The notes beneath the pieces are model-generated. The model did not search any database, had not been told where the DNA came from, and saw nothing but the letters and a program-made list of their open reading frames with translations. Below, in pieces: positions 9,977-20,115 of a stretch of 64,000 nucleotides of DNA. Made by a program: the position numbers and the translations under genes. The first letter of the stretch is position 1. Each line of letters begins with the position of its first letter. This DNA is from an uncultured Deinococcaceae bacterium (lineage in GTDB: Bacteria; Deinococcota; Deinococci; Deinococcales; Deinococcaceae): the NCBI GenBank assembly GCA_964252075.1, contig CAXULY010000013.1, positions 1 to 64,000 on the forward strand, read 5' to 3'.

Positions 9977-11694
9977 TTGGTGCCTCCCGTGGTGAAGGTG
10001 AAGACCTGATCGCCGTCGAAGGTGTACAGGCCGGTGTAGACGTTGTAGTCGAAGAGCAGTCCGGCCGCATCGAACGCCACGGAGATGCCGTGCGGTTCGG
10101 TGGGGCTGTCGGTGGCGACAGCCTCCAGCAGGCGCCACTGGTAGCTGCGGCCCTCCTGCAGGGGAATCAGGAGGCTGTTGTAGTCCGCGCCGGGGTGGTA
10201 ATCGAAGCTGTAAGTGCTTGCGGCCGTGCCGCCCACCACGCCGCACAGGGTGCCGGAGAAGCCGAAGCCGCGCGCGCTGGTCAGCGTGGCCTGCTGCAGC
10301 AGGTCCACGAGTGGGCTGGGGGGCGTCGCCGTGGGTTCGGTGCCGCAGCTGGAGATGCCCGCGCCGTTCACGCTGTCGGACAGGGCGGGCACGAAGTACT
10401 CGTAGGCGCCCACGCCGTTCGTCTGCCACGTGAAGGTGGGGGTGGTGCTCACGTCCTGGGCGTTCTCCGCGGGCGCGGTAAGGTTCACCTTCAGGACCGG
10501 CAGGACCGTCGCGGTGGAGGCGGCGGACGCCGGGCCTTCCTGCGTGCCGCTGAACGCGCGGACCGTGTAGGTGGCCTGAACGCCGGGCGCGAGTGCCGGG
10601 TCCGCGTCCTGCCAACTGCCCGGGTTGATCACGGCGGGTTTGCCGTCTGCGCCCGCGCCCAGGTACACCGCCTTGTTGCCCACCAGCGTGGAGGGCCCGC
10701 CATTGATGGAGCGGTAGATGTGGTAGCCCTGGCCGAGCGCCGGGGTGGTGCCGTCCGGTAGGGCGGGGAACGCGAAGGGCGTCCAGCTGACCTCCGCGTA
10801 CACCAGCGCGCCCGCCGGGGCGGACTGCTGCCCGGCGCGCTGCAGATTGATGCGGGTGTTCGAGACCGTGAAGGCGGTGGCGTTCACGTCCTGCACGGCG
10901 GTGGTGGGCGCGCTGCCCACCACGGGGTTGCTCACGGTCACGGGGATGAGGTACACGCTGCGGTTGTTGTTGCTGTCGATGACCGTGCCGTAGAAGGTGG
11001 CGCCCCCGCTGAGGCCCGCCGCGAAGCGGCGGAGGTCCAGGCTGTCGCTGTCCGTCACGTCGGCGGTTAGTTGCGTTTCGCCGCCCGGGCCGCCAATGTA
11101 CAGCAGTTTGCGGTCCCCGCGGCCCAGGCGGTCCGCGCGCGGCTCCGTTCCGACGCTGGCGTAGATCAGGTAGATGGAGTTCCCGCCGTTGCTGTGCGCG
11201 GTGTACGTGAATTCGGCGGTGCCCTGTCCATCCAGGGTGTTCCCCAGGCCGCCGATGTCCAGGGTGGGGGGCGTGGTGTCGGTGCTGCTCGCGATGGCGG
11301 GCACCTGCACGAGGTTGAAGGTCGTGAAGGTCTTGTCGAGCACGCTCACCCCCACGGCCCGGCTGGAGGCGAAGGGCACCATACCGGTGCCGCCCTGGTT
11401 GACGGTGCTGGAGAGGATCTGGCCGGGGCTCAGCAGGGTGTAGCGGCCGGGGGCGAGCGGCAGGGAGAAGTGCCCGCTGGCGTCGCTGCTGGTTTTGGCG
11501 ACGACGGTCTTGCTGTCGGTGGTGAGGGCCTCGATGGTGGCGCCCGCGAGCGCCTCGCCACCCACGCCGACCGTCAGGGTGCCCTGAATGCCCTGCGGGA
11601 GTGCTGCGGGCTGGGGCGTCGGCTGCGCCGGGCTGCAGGCGGCGAGCGCGGCGGTCAGGACGGCAAGGGGAACAACACGGCGTTTCTGCAACAT
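9973..11694 (-). CDS. Secreted lipoprotein with carboxypeptidase-regulatory-like and Ig/FN3-like beta domains
   Basis: Lipobox LAAC; SDASGHFSLPLAPGRYTL; YHIYRS...YTVRA FN3-like pattern; Thr/Gly-rich. Confidence 0.7.
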   Translation of the reverse strand: MLQKRRVVPLAVLTAALAACSPAQPTPQPAALPQGIQGTLTVGVGGEALAGATIEALTTDSKTVVAKTSSDASGHFSLPLAPGRYTLLSPGQILSSTVNQGGTGMVPFASSRAVGVSVLDKTFTTFNLVQVPAIASSTDTTPPTLDIGGLGNTLDGQGTAEFTYTAHSNGGNSIYLIYASVGTEPRADRLGRGDRKLLYIGGPGGETQLTADVTDSDSLDLRRFAAGLSGGATFYGTVIDSNNNRSVYLIPVTVSNPVVGSAPTTAVQDVNATAFTVSNTRINLQRAGQQSAPAGALVYAEVSWTPFAFPALPDGTTPALGQGYHIYRSINGGPSTLVGNKAVYLGAGADGKPAVINPGSWQDADPALAPGVQATYTVRAFSGTQEGPASAASTATVLPVLKVNLTAPAENAQDVSTTPTFTWQTNGVGAYEYFVPALSDSVNGAGISSCGTEPTATPPSPLVDLLQQATLTSARGFGFSGTLCGVVGGTAASTYSFDYHPGADYNSLLIPLQEGRSYQWRLLEAVATDSPTEPHGISVAFDAAGLLFDYNVYTGLYTFDGDQVFTFTTGGTK

Positions 11695-11848
11695 GCACAC
11701 CTCTGATTTCTTCTGACCGGAACGATCGTAAGGGAGCCTATGAAAACGGTGTGAGGCGCGTCAAGGGGCTGCCATACAGACGCTCATCGCTGCCACATGC
11801 GGCTGAACGGCAGATGAAATGGCGGACAGCCCCCTAAGCGCCACAACT

Positions 11849-12523
11849 TCACACCCGGTTGCCCTTGGGCTGGTGGTAGTACACGCGGCCCACCACCTGC
11901 GCCTGCTCGGGGCGCAGCGGCGGATAGTCAGGGTTGTCGCTGGTGAGCCAGTAGTCCTCGCCGAAGCGCCGCACGCGCTTCACGACCAGCCCCGAGCCGG
12001 GCACGTACAGCACGTAGATGCGGCCCTCGCGCAGGCTGAGGTCGCTGGGGTCCACGTAGATGCGGTCCCCGCTGCGCACGCCCTGCCCGCCGGGCGCGGT
12101 CATGCTGTCGCCCTGCACCTCCAGCACGATCATGCCGCTGCGGTGTTCGGCCTGCGGCACCAGTTCGGCGTCAATGATGCTCGCGTCGTCCTCGCCGACG
12201 GGCCAGCCGGCGGTGGCGAGGGCGCGCACGGGCACCCGCACGAACTCCAGGCCGCCCACCACCTCGTCGCCGTCGGGGGCGAGCAGGGCGTTCAGGCCGC
12301 TGCGCGCCGCCCACTCGCTGGGGCTGAGGTCAAGGGCGCGCCGCAGGGCGTCCTGGCGGGCGGGCGTGAGGGAACTGAGGGGCCGCAGACCGCGCTCCAG
12401 CTTGCTGAGGTAGGACTGGGTGACGCGGGCGTGTTCGCCCGACTGGGCGGTGGCTTCCTCGATGGCGCCCTGGCCGAGGCCGAGGGCGCTGCGGCGTTCG
12501 CGCAGCCAGGACAGATCCTTCAT
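11849..12523 (-). CDS. XRE-HTH plus S24 peptidase repressor (CI/LexA-like)
   Basis: HTH (TQSYLSKLERG), Ala-Gly site (ATAG), GDSM Ser, VVKR Lys; TATAGT 6 nt before ATG 12523; start could be further upstream. Confidence 0.88.
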   Translation of the reverse strand: MKDLSWLRERRSALGLGQGAIEEATAQSGEHARVTQSYLSKLERGLRPLSSLTPARQDALRRALDLSPSEWAARSGLNALLAPDGDEVVGGLEFVRVPVRALATAGWPVGEDDASIIDAELVPQAEHRSGMIVLEVQGDSMTAPGGQGVRSGDRIYVDPSDLSLREGRIYVLYVPGSGLVVKRVRRFGEDYWLTSDNPDYPPLRPEQAQVVGRVYYHQPKGNRV

Positions 12524-12560
12524 GGTCATACTATACCGTTGAAAATAGTCCTGAGTCATG

Positions 12561-12577
12561 TTATGCTTATAGCGTAA
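12561..12577. promoter_or_regulatory. RDRM-like (DdrO) operator TTATGCTTATAGCGTAA
   Basis: 17-bp quasi-palindrome matching the RDRM consensus as I recall it; overlaps the -10 of TTGAAA(12539)-17-TATGCT(12562). Confidence 0.75.
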
Positions 12578-12615
12578 CCACCGTTGTGCGTCCAGCCCCA
12601 CCCCGAGGAGGCCCC

Positions 12616-12930
12616 ATGCCAAACGACCTCACCCCCGCCGACTTTCACCTCCTGGCCCTCGCCTTCCTGCTCGCCTGCTCCGCGCAACTCGCCCGGCAAC
12701 TCGCCCAGCCGCGCCCCATGGGCCTGCGCCGCCTGCTCGCCGGAAGCCTGGGCGCCGGACTCGCCGCCGTCGCCACGGACGTGCTGCTCCTCGCGTGGTT
12801 CACGGTCGGGCACGCCCTGCTGCTCGCCGTGGGCCTCGTGGTCGGCTGGGCGGGCGCCGGCGTCCTCGCGCGCCTCGCGCTGGTCATCGAGGGCCGCTAC
12901 GGCCTGCGCCCCCCCGACCGCGAACACTGA
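12616..12930 (+). CDS. Small membrane protein, holin-like topology
   Basis: GAGGAG RBS; 104 aa, about three hydrophobic helices, charged C-terminus. Confidence 0.65.
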   Translation: MPNDLTPADFHLLALAFLLACSAQLARQLAQPRPMGLRRLLAGSLGAGLAAVATDVLLLAWFTVGHALLLAVGLVVGWAGAGVLARLALVIEGRYGLRPPDREH

Positions 12931-12958
12931 CCCGCCCCCCACATGCTTAGATGAAGGG

Positions 12959-14092
12959 ATGACCCACTCCCCCGCCTCGGCCCTCGTGCTGTGCCTCCAG
13001 GGCCACTGGGCGAGCGCCTCCCGACTCCCCGAGCGCCTTGCCGCCAACGGCCTGCGGGTGGGCGTGATCTGCCCGGAAGGCGCCCTCATTCAGTACGCCC
13101 ACCCCATCCACCAGATCCGTACCTTCAAGGCGAACGGCGCCTGGGCGGGATTCCTGCCCGCCCTGCAGGAGGCCGTGCAGGCCTTCACCCCGCACCTGAT
13201 CCTGCCCGGCGACGACCAGGCGCGCCTGGCCCTGCACGACCTGCACGCCCTCGCCGCGCAGCAGCACGACGCCCCACTCATGGCCCTGCTGGAGCGCTCG
13301 CTCGGCGACCCGCAGCACCACGCGGACGTCGAGCGCAAGTCCGCCCTGTGGTCACACGCCGTCACCACAGGCCTGGGCGCCCCCGAAGGGGTGCTGCCGC
13401 ACAGCCTCGAGGAGGCCCTCGACTTCGCCGCGCGGCTCCAGGCGCCCGTCGTGCTCAAGCAGGACTTCGGCGCGGGCGGTGCGGGCGTGGTGCGCTGCCC
13501 CGACGCCCAGACCCTGGAAATCGCCTACCAGCAGGCCAGCGCGCGCCCACTGCCCCGCCAGGGACGCATCCTCGTGCAGCGCTGGGTGCGCGGCCAGACC
13601 ATCAGCACCAACTTCGCGGCGTGGCAGGGCGAGGTGCTGGCCGCCTGCACCAGCCTGCGGGAACACGTGCACCCCGCGCCCTTCGGGCCCGTGGCCCTCG
13701 CCCGGCACCTGCCGGACCACCCGGCCGTGTCGCTGGCGCGGCAGGTGGTGCGGGACTTGGGGCTGAGCGGCCTGGGCTCCCTGCAGTGCCTGATCGACGG
13801 GGACACCGGCCAGCCACTCGTGATGGAACTCAACCCGCGCGTCACTCCCATCGCCATCGCGAGCCGCGCCTTCGGGGTGGACCTGATCGGCACGCTCGCC
13901 TCCGCCAGCCGCGGTGCGCCGCTGCCCGCCCCCCACCCGCCCACGCACGAGCGCGTCGCGCTCTTCCCGAACGAGTGGCAGCGCGACCCCGGCAGCCCCA
14001 CGCTGACGGACCCCGGCGTGCACCACGACGTGCCGTGGTCGCAGCCGGCACTGCTGGCCGCCACCGTTCAGCAGGCCTGGCGTCACCCCTGA
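12959..14092 (+). CDS. ATP-grasp domain protein
   Basis: PVVLK..GAGGAGV, LVQRWVRG, MELNPR. Confidence 0.8.
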   Translation: MTHSPASALVLCLQGHWASASRLPERLAANGLRVGVICPEGALIQYAHPIHQIRTFKANGAWAGFLPALQEAVQAFTPHLILPGDDQARLALHDLHALAAQQHDAPLMALLERSLGDPQHHADVERKSALWSHAVTTGLGAPEGVLPHSLEEALDFAARLQAPVVLKQDFGAGGAGVVRCPDAQTLEIAYQQASARPLPRQGRILVQRWVRGQTISTNFAAWQGEVLAACTSLREHVHPAPFGPVALARHLPDHPAVSLARQVVRDLGLSGLGSLQCLIDGDTGQPLVMELNPRVTPIAIASRAFGVDLIGTLASASRGAPLPAPHPPTHERVALFPNEWQRDPGSPTLTDPGVHHDVPWSQPALLAATVQQAWRHP

Positions 14093-14157
14093 CCACAGGG
14101 CGGGCCGCCGGGCTCAGGTGTGACGGAACAGGACGGTCACCTGCAGGGGGCCTCGCG

Positions 14158-15624
14158 TCACGCCCGGTGCTCGCCCTCACCCAGCGCCAGTGCCGCGCGC
14201 GCCTCGGCCACCTCGTCCCACGGAATGGTGGTGTCCGCGCGCTCCAGGGTGTCCTCGGGGCCCTTCCCGGCCAGCAGCACCGTGTCGCCCGGCCCTGCCA
14301 GCGCCACCGCCCGCCGGATGGCGTCGCGCCGGTCCGGGACCAGCTCGTAATTCCCGCGCCCCGCCGAGCGCGCGCCGCGCGCCATCTCCGCGAGGATGTC
14401 CGCGAGCGGCGTGTCGCGGCTGTCCTCCTCCGTGAAGATCGCGGTGTCCGCGAGGCGTGTGGCGACCTCGCCCAGCGGCGCGCGCTTGCTGGGGTCGCGC
14501 GGTCCGCCCGCCGACCCGATCACCACGATCAGGCGCCCCGGCGTGGTGACGCGCAGCGTGCCCAGCGCCTTCTCCAGGCTGGGTGGCGTGTGCGCGAAAT
14601 CCACCACCACCCGCGCGCCCGCGCGCCCGCCCGGCACCAGCTGCATGCGGCCCGGCACGCCCGCGAAGCCCGCGAGGCCCGCCGTGAGCTGCGCCGCCGT
14701 GGCGCCCAGGTGCGCGGCCGCCGCCATCGCCGCGAGGGCGTTCGCGACGTTGAAGCGCCCGATCATGGGGAGGCGCGCGTCGAAGTCCCCCAGCGGCGAG
14801 CGGACCTGGAAGTGCAGGCCGCCCTCCCGCTCCTCGATGTCGCCCGCGCGCCAGTCCGCCGCGCGCTCCAGGCTGTACGTCATGTGCGGGCCGAGCGCGG
14901 TGAGCTGCGCCGTCCAGGGGTCATCCGCGTTCAGCACGCTGAAGGGCGCGCGCTCCACCAGCTTGCGTTTCTCCGCGAAGTACGCCTCTACCGTCCCGTG
15001 GAAATCCAGGTGCTCGCGCGACAGGTGCGTCCAGACCGCCACATCCCAGTCCACCGCCTGCACGCGCTCCAGCGCGAGCGCGTGACTGCTGGCCTCCAGC
15101 ACCACCGCCTCGCCGCCCGCCGCCCGCAGCTCCCGCAGGGTCGCCTGCACCTGCGGCGCCTCTGGCGTCGTGAAGTGCGCCGGGAAGTGCCGCAGGCGCC
15201 CATCTGGCAGCTCGTACCCCACGGTGCTGAGCAGGCCCGTCTGGAGGCCCGCCGCGCGCAGCAGGTGCCGCGCGAGCCAGCTGGTGGTGGTCTTGCCGTC
15301 CGTGCCCGTCACGCCCACCACCTTGAGCGCGCGGCTGGGGTGCCCCGCCAGCGCCGCCGCCGCCTGCGCGAGCGCCACGCGCGCCGAGGGCACCGTCAGG
15401 TAGGGGAGGGGCAGGGGTCCCGCGTGTCCCTCCCCGATCACCGCGACGGCGCCCCGCTCGGCGGCCTGCGCCATGAAGGTGTGCCCGTCGAATTTTGCGC
15501 CGCGCACCGCCACGAACGCCCAGCCGGGCCGCACCCACTCGGCGTTGTGCGTCACGCCCGTCACCTCCGGATTCTCGGGGGGCGCGGGGGCTTGGAGTTC
15601 GGCGGCGAGGTCGTGCAGGCGCAT
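14158..15624 (-). CDS. murE: UDP-MurNAc-dipeptide amino acid ligase MurE
   Basis: GVTGTDGKTT, LEASSHAL, DFAHTP, LAGKG. Confidence 0.92.
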   Translation of the reverse strand: MRLHDLAAELQAPAPPENPEVTGVTHNAEWVRPGWAFVAVRGAKFDGHTFMAQAAERGAVAVIGEGHAGPLPLPYLTVPSARVALAQAAAALAGHPSRALKVVGVTGTDGKTTTSWLARHLLRAAGLQTGLLSTVGYELPDGRLRHFPAHFTTPEAPQVQATLRELRAAGGEAVVLEASSHALALERVQAVDWDVAVWTHLSREHLDFHGTVEAYFAEKRKLVERAPFSVLNADDPWTAQLTALGPHMTYSLERAADWRAGDIEEREGGLHFQVRSPLGDFDARLPMIGRFNVANALAAMAAAAHLGATAAQLTAGLAGFAGVPGRMQLVPGGRAGARVVVDFAHTPPSLEKALGTLRVTTPGRLIVVIGSAGGPRDPSKRAPLGEVATRLADTAIFTEEDSRDTPLADILAEMARGARSAGRGNYELVPDRRDAIRRAVALAGPGDTVLLAGKGPEDTLERADTTIPWDEVAEARAALALGEGEHRA

Positions 15625-15647
15625 GCGCAGAGCTTAGCAGCGGCCCG

Positions 15648-16271
15648 TCACTTCAGGAGCGGCAGGCCGTACCCGCGCGCCTCGACGCGCTCGCAGATCC
15701 AGCGGAAGGCGGCGGGGTCCGCCACGAAATCCAGCGTGTCGCCCGGCACCCGGATGACCGGGGAGTGCGTGTAGCCCTCCACGAACTGCGCGTACATGCC
15801 GTTCAGGCGCTCCAGGTACGCGTCCGGGATGGCCTGCTCGTACTCGCGGCCGCGCTTGTGGATGCGTTCGCGCAGGGTGGGGAGGCCCGCCTCGATGTGA
15901 ATCAGGAGGTCCGGGACGCGCAGCGCGGGCAGGATGCCGCCGTACAGGGCGCTGTACGTCTGCCAGTCGCGCGGTTCCATCTGGCCGCTCTCGAAGAGGT
16001 TGCGCGCAAAGACGCCCGCGTCCTCGAAGACCGTGCGGTCCTGAATGACGTACATCGCGCCGTTCACGAGGCTCAGGTGCTGCTCCAGGCGCTTGGACAG
16101 GAAGAACACCTGCGAGTGGAAGGAGTACCGCCGCATGTCGCGGTAGAAGTCCTCCAGGTACGGGTTCTCCGCGTACGGCTCGTACACGGGGCGCAGTCCG
16201 TAGCGCTCCGCGAGCATGCGGGTGAGGGTGCTCTTGCCGCTCCCGATGTTCCCGGACACCGCGAGGTACAT
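15648..16271 (-). CDS. Deoxynucleoside kinase
   Basis: GNIGSGKST P-loop, DRTVFED, RGREYE. Confidence 0.9.
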   Translation of the reverse strand: MYLAVSGNIGSGKSTLTRMLAERYGLRPVYEPYAENPYLEDFYRDMRRYSFHSQVFFLSKRLEQHLSLVNGAMYVIQDRTVFEDAGVFARNLFESGQMEPRDWQTYSALYGGILPALRVPDLLIHIEAGLPTLRERIHKRGREYEQAIPDAYLERLNGMYAQFVEGYTHSPVIRVPGDTLDFVADPAAFRWICERVEARGYGLPLLK

Positions 16272-16876
16272 TAGGCCACCGGCGCCGCGAGCGCCGCGTC
16301 AATGCGCGCGAAGATCGCCTCGCGGTCCTCGGGGCGGTTCACGAAGTCGTACTCGGCGGCGTTCACCGTGAGGAGGCGGCCCGGGTACGTGCGGAAGTAC
16401 GCGTCGTAGCGCGCGCTGAGGTCCTCCAGGTAGGCGGCCTGCATGTCGCGCTCGAAGGGCCGCCCGCGCCGCGCGATGCGTGCGAGCAGCAGTTCCGGTT
16501 CGGCGCGCAGGTAAATGGTGAGGTCCGGGTGCGCGAGGCGCGGGCTGAGGTGCGCGTACAGGTCCTCGTACAGCGCGAACTCGTGGTCCTTGAGGTTCAT
16601 CGCCGCGAAGATGAAGTCCTTGTCGAACAGGTAGTCGCTCACCACGTGCGAGGCGAACAGGTCGCCCTGCGCGAGGCTCGACAGTTGCTTGAAGCGCGAC
16701 AGCAGGAAGAACACCTGCACCTGAAAGGCGTACACCTCTGGTTGCGCGTAGAAGTGCGCGAGGAAGGGGTTCTCCTCCACCACCTCCAGGTTCAGGCTGG
16801 CGCCCAGGCGGGCGGCCAGCAGGTGCGTCAGGCTGGTCTTGCCCACACCGATGGGGCCTTCGAGGGCGACGTACAT
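16271..16876 (-). CDS. Deoxynucleoside kinase (second paralogue)
   Basis: EGPIGVGKTS, SDYLFDKD, RGRPFE; TAATG overlap with the next gene. Confidence 0.9.
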   Translation of the reverse strand: MYVALEGPIGVGKTSLTHLLAARLGASLNLEVVEENPFLAHFYAQPEVYAFQVQVFFLLSRFKQLSSLAQGDLFASHVVSDYLFDKDFIFAAMNLKDHEFALYEDLYAHLSPRLAHPDLTIYLRAEPELLLARIARRGRPFERDMQAAYLEDLSARYDAYFRTYPGRLLTVNAAEYDFVNRPEDREAIFARIDAALAAPVA

Positions 16877-16931
16877 GCGAGAGGCATTGTAAGGCGAACG
16901 GGCGGCCACTGCCCGCAGACGCCAGGTCAAG

Positions 16932-17750
16932 TCAGTCCGCGCCGCGCTCCGCCGTCACCACGAGGGCCTGCAGGGCGCCCTCCACCGCGCCCGGCCCGAA
17001 GCGCGCGGCGAGGGCCGCTGTCGCGCGCTCGGTGGCGTCGGTGAGGACGTCCGACCCGCGCGCCTCCAGCTCGCTGCGCATGGGGGTGCCGTGGCAGAAG
17101 GCGACGGCGGGCACGCGCGGCGAGTCCGCGTGGCTGCGCCGCGCCACGCGTTCCACGGTGGGCGCCGTGAACCCCGCGCGCGCGAGGTCCCGCGTGATGA
17201 CCGCCGGGTCGAAGTACCCGTGCGGGAGGCGCGTCATGAAGGGCTCCTGGTCCGCGCTCAGCAGCGGCCGGACCGCCTGCATCACCGCCTCGGGGAAGGC
17301 GTTCTCCTCGATGCGGTCCCAGACGTTGAACAGGAACGCCCCGTGCGGGCGCAGGACGCGCCGCACCTCCGCGAAGGCGCCCGCGCGGTCCGGGAAGAAC
17401 ATCACCCCGAACTGGCAGGCCACCGCGTCGAAGGACCCGTCCGGGAAGGGCAGGCGCTGGGCGTCCGCGGGCCGCCACTCCACGGGGCGCTCGGTGCCCG
17501 CCGCCTGCGCCTGCTCCAGCATGGCGGGGCTCAGGTCGGTGGCGACCACCTCCGCGCCGGGCGGCAGGGCGCGGGCGAGTTCACGCGTCAGGGCGCCCGT
17601 GCCCGCCGCGATCTCCAGGACGCGCGCGGGTTGCCGCCCGGCCACGCGGACGGCCAGGTCGGTGGCGTAAGGCTCGAAGATCAACGGGACCAGCAGCTGC
17701 GCGTACACCACCGGAATCGAACCGGCGAAGAGGGAATCGGGCGCGTGCAT
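16932..17750 (-). CDS. Class I SAM-dependent methyltransferase
   Basis: VLEIAAGTG, DLSPAML, LPFPDGSFD. Confidence 0.88.
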   Translation of the reverse strand: MHAPDSLFAGSIPVVYAQLLVPLIFEPYATDLAVRVAGRQPARVLEIAAGTGALTRELARALPPGAEVVATDLSPAMLEQAQAAGTERPVEWRPADAQRLPFPDGSFDAVACQFGVMFFPDRAGAFAEVRRVLRPHGAFLFNVWDRIEENAFPEAVMQAVRPLLSADQEPFMTRLPHGYFDPAVITRDLARAGFTAPTVERVARRSHADSPRVPAVAFCHGTPMRSELEARGSDVLTDATERATAALAARFGPGAVEGALQALVVTAERGAD

Positions 17751-17899
17751 GAATCTCCTTGTCCTCCCGGGCCGCCCGGACGGCGCGAGGGTCGAAGGAA
17801 GGAGGTCGCCGCATGGGCTGGTGTCGGAACACCCTGAGGGAAGTCCAGCGTACCGGAAAGACCACCCGGGTGGGTGAAGCGCCCCGGCGTGTCCACCAG

Positions 17900-17932
17900 C
17901 AGGGGAGGAGGCGCGCGTGCCTCCTCCCCTGG
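17900..17932. terminator. Hairpin downstream of the HtrA gene
   Basis: caggggaggaggc-gcgcgt-gcctcctcccctg. Confidence 0.65.
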
Positions 17933-17937
17933 TCCGC

Positions 17938-19026
17938 TCACTGCAGGGTGCGTTTCTGCAGGGTGACCTTCACGTTCACTTCCTTCTTGCCGCGCCACAG
18001 CTTCAGCGCCACGCTCTGCCCGGTGCGCTTGGCGGCCACCAGGCGGATCACGTCGTTGTCGTTCGCGACGGCCTTGCCGTCCACCGCAAGGATCACGTCC
18101 CCGAGGTTCACGAGCTGGTTCTGCCCGTTGCGCAGGCTGCCCTGCAGTCCCGCGCGGGCGCCCGTGGAGCCCGCCGGGACGGTGTCCACCAGGGCGCCGT
18201 TGGCGCTCGTGAGGCCCGCGAGTTTGCGCGTGACGGGGTCCAGCTTCGAGAGCGCCAGGAGCGTCACGCCGAGCGACCCACGCTGCGGAATGCCGATGCG
18301 CTCCAGGTCCTCCACGGACTGCTGGACGACCTCCGCCGGGATGGCCGCCCCAATGATGCCCGGCACGATGCTGTTGCTCGTGACGTTGCCGTCCGCGACG
18401 GCCACCACCGCGCCGCGCGAGTCGAACACCGGGCCGCCGCTGTTCCCGCGCTGGATGCCCGCGGTGGTGAAGATGTAACTGCCGATCTCCTCGCCCAGGC
18501 CGTCCGTGCGGCTGGTGTCCGGGCGGCGCATGCTGTACACGCCGGTCGAGACGAAGTTCTGCAGGCGCGACGGCGTGCCGATCGTGATAAGTTTCTGGCC
18601 GGGCACGAGGTTCGCGCTGTTCCCGAAGGCGAGCGTGGCGGGCGCCGTGACGCCCGAGACGCGCAGGATCGCGATGTCAATGCCGGGGTCCACGCCCTCC
18701 AGCTTGGCGGGCACCGTGCGGCCGTCCGCGAGCGTGACGGTCACGCCGTCCTGGTACTGCACCACATGGTAGTTCGTGATGACCAAGTTCGGTTTGTAGA
18801 AGAACCCGGAGCCGGTATCGGTGGGGTCGTCGCCCTCCTGCAGCTGGTCCTGGCGGATGCGGGTGTCCACCCGCACCACGCCGCGCAGCGCCTGGCGCGT
18901 CACCTCGACGGTGTTGATCTCGTCAGGTGTGACAAGGGCGCGCGCTCCCTGCACGCGCCCCACCCAGTACCCGCCCGCGATGAGCGCGGCCCCCAGCGCC
19001 AGCACCGCCAGCGCCTGTCGCCGCAC
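17938..19026 (-). CDS. HtrA/DegP-like S1C protease with PDZ domain
   Basis: TNYHVV, DIAIL, GNSGGP; C-terminal GDVILAVDG. Confidence 0.9.
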   Translation of the reverse strand: MRRQALAVLALGAALIAGGYWVGRVQGARALVTPDEINTVEVTRQALRGVVRVDTRIRQDQLQEGDDPTDTGSGFFYKPNLVITNYHVVQYQDGVTVTLADGRTVPAKLEGVDPGIDIAILRVSGVTAPATLAFGNSANLVPGQKLITIGTPSRLQNFVSTGVYSMRRPDTSRTDGLGEEIGSYIFTTAGIQRGNSGGPVFDSRGAVVAVADGNVTSNSIVPGIIGAAIPAEVVQQSVEDLERIGIPQRGSLGVTLLALSKLDPVTRKLAGLTSANGALVDTVPAGSTGARAGLQGSLRNGQNQLVNLGDVILAVDGKAVANDNDVIRLVAAKRTGQSVALKLWRGKKEVNVKVTLQKRTLQ

Positions 19027-19263
19027 TTATTCCCCGCCTTTGCTCTTGCCGCCCTCGCCGCCGCTGCTGCCGCCCCCGCCCTCTTTGGGGCGCGAGTCGT
19101 TCACGTAGAAGCCGCTGCCCTTGAAGGCAATGCCGGGCCGGGCGAGCACCCGTTTGATGGGCGCGCCGGTCTCGGGGTGACGGGTGAGGGCCTCATCCCG
19201 CATGCTCTGCTGGATCTCGTAGATTTCGCCGCTCTCGGTGTTCTTGTACAGATAGGTGGGCAT
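19027..19263 (-). CDS. FmdB-family small protein (Cys-less zinc-ribbon-like)
   Basis: MPTYLY...FKGSGFYVND signature. Confidence 0.8.
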   Translation of the reverse strand: MPTYLYKNTESGEIYEIQQSMRDEALTRHPETGAPIKRVLARPGIAFKGSGFYVNDSRPKEGGGGSSGGEGGKSKGGE

Positions 19264-19371
19264 TGCGCGTCGCCGCTCCTTCGAAGGGTCAATCTAGCAG
19301 AGGTGTGAGCGTCATATGTAAGGCCCTCAACGAACGCTGAACGCCCCCCACGCCCTCCGTATAGTGGGCAC

Positions 19372-20115
19372 GTGCAGCGCCCTCCCTTCACCGCCCTCGC
19401 CCGCGTGTACGACGCCATCATGGCGGACATCGAGTACCCCGCGTGGGCCGACTTCATCCTCACCTACGCGCGCGCCGAGGGGCACCGCGTGACGGACGTG
19501 CTGGACCTCGCGTGCGGCACCGGCGGCCTCACGCGCAGCCTCACCGCGCGCGGCCTGAACGTGACGGGCCTGGACGGCAGCGAGGACATGCTGGCGGTGG
19601 CGCGCGCGCGCCTGCCGGGTGTGCCGCTCGTGCGCGGGGACCTGCGGGACTTCGCGCTGCCCGGTCAGTTTGACCTCATCACGTGCGTGTTCGACAGCCT
19701 GAACAACCTCACGGAGCCCGGCGACCTGGGCCAGGCGCTCGCGCGCATGCGCGCGCACCTGCGCCCCGGCGGGCTGGTGGCCTTCGACGTGAACACCCGC
19801 GAGGGCGTGCGGGACCTGTGGGAGGAAGACGCCATCGAGGGCCTCGCGCCGCTGGAGGACGGCCGCGAGGTGCATTACCACTGGTCGCACCACTACGACG
19901 CCGCGCGGGACTTGGGCGTCGTGCAGGCCCTGTGCCGGGTGGAGGACGAGGAGTTCATTGAGCTGCACGAGGAGCGCGGGTACGACCAGCTGGACCTGGA
20001 GCCCATGCTGGCCGCGGCGGGCTTCGCGCGCTGGGAGTTCTGCGAGTTCCCGGATTACGCGCCGCCCGAGCCGGGCACGCCGCGCGTGTGGGTCTTCGCG
20101 CGGGCAGACGGGTGA
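19372..20115 (+). CDS. Class I SAM-dependent methyltransferase
   Basis: [21 protein letters not shown] 6 nt upstream of GTG. Confidence 0.88.
   Translation: MQRPPFTALARVYDAIMADIEYPAWADFILTYARAEGHRVTDVLDLACGTGGLTRSLTARGLNVTGLDGSEDMLAVARARLPGVPLVRGDLRDFALPGQFDLITCVFDSLNNLTEPGDLGQALARMRAHLRPGGLVAFDVNTREGVRDLWEEDAIEGLAPLEDGREVHYHWSHHYDAARDLGVVQALCRVEDEEFIELHEERGYDQLDLEPMLAAAGFARWEFCEFPDYAPPEPGTPRVWVFARADG

Noticed and set aside
7721..11698. 1325-aa single ORF
   Set aside because: The N-terminal part is an off-frame shadow of the 9973-11694 lipoprotein; the real gene starts at GTG 9976 with an RBS and lipobox
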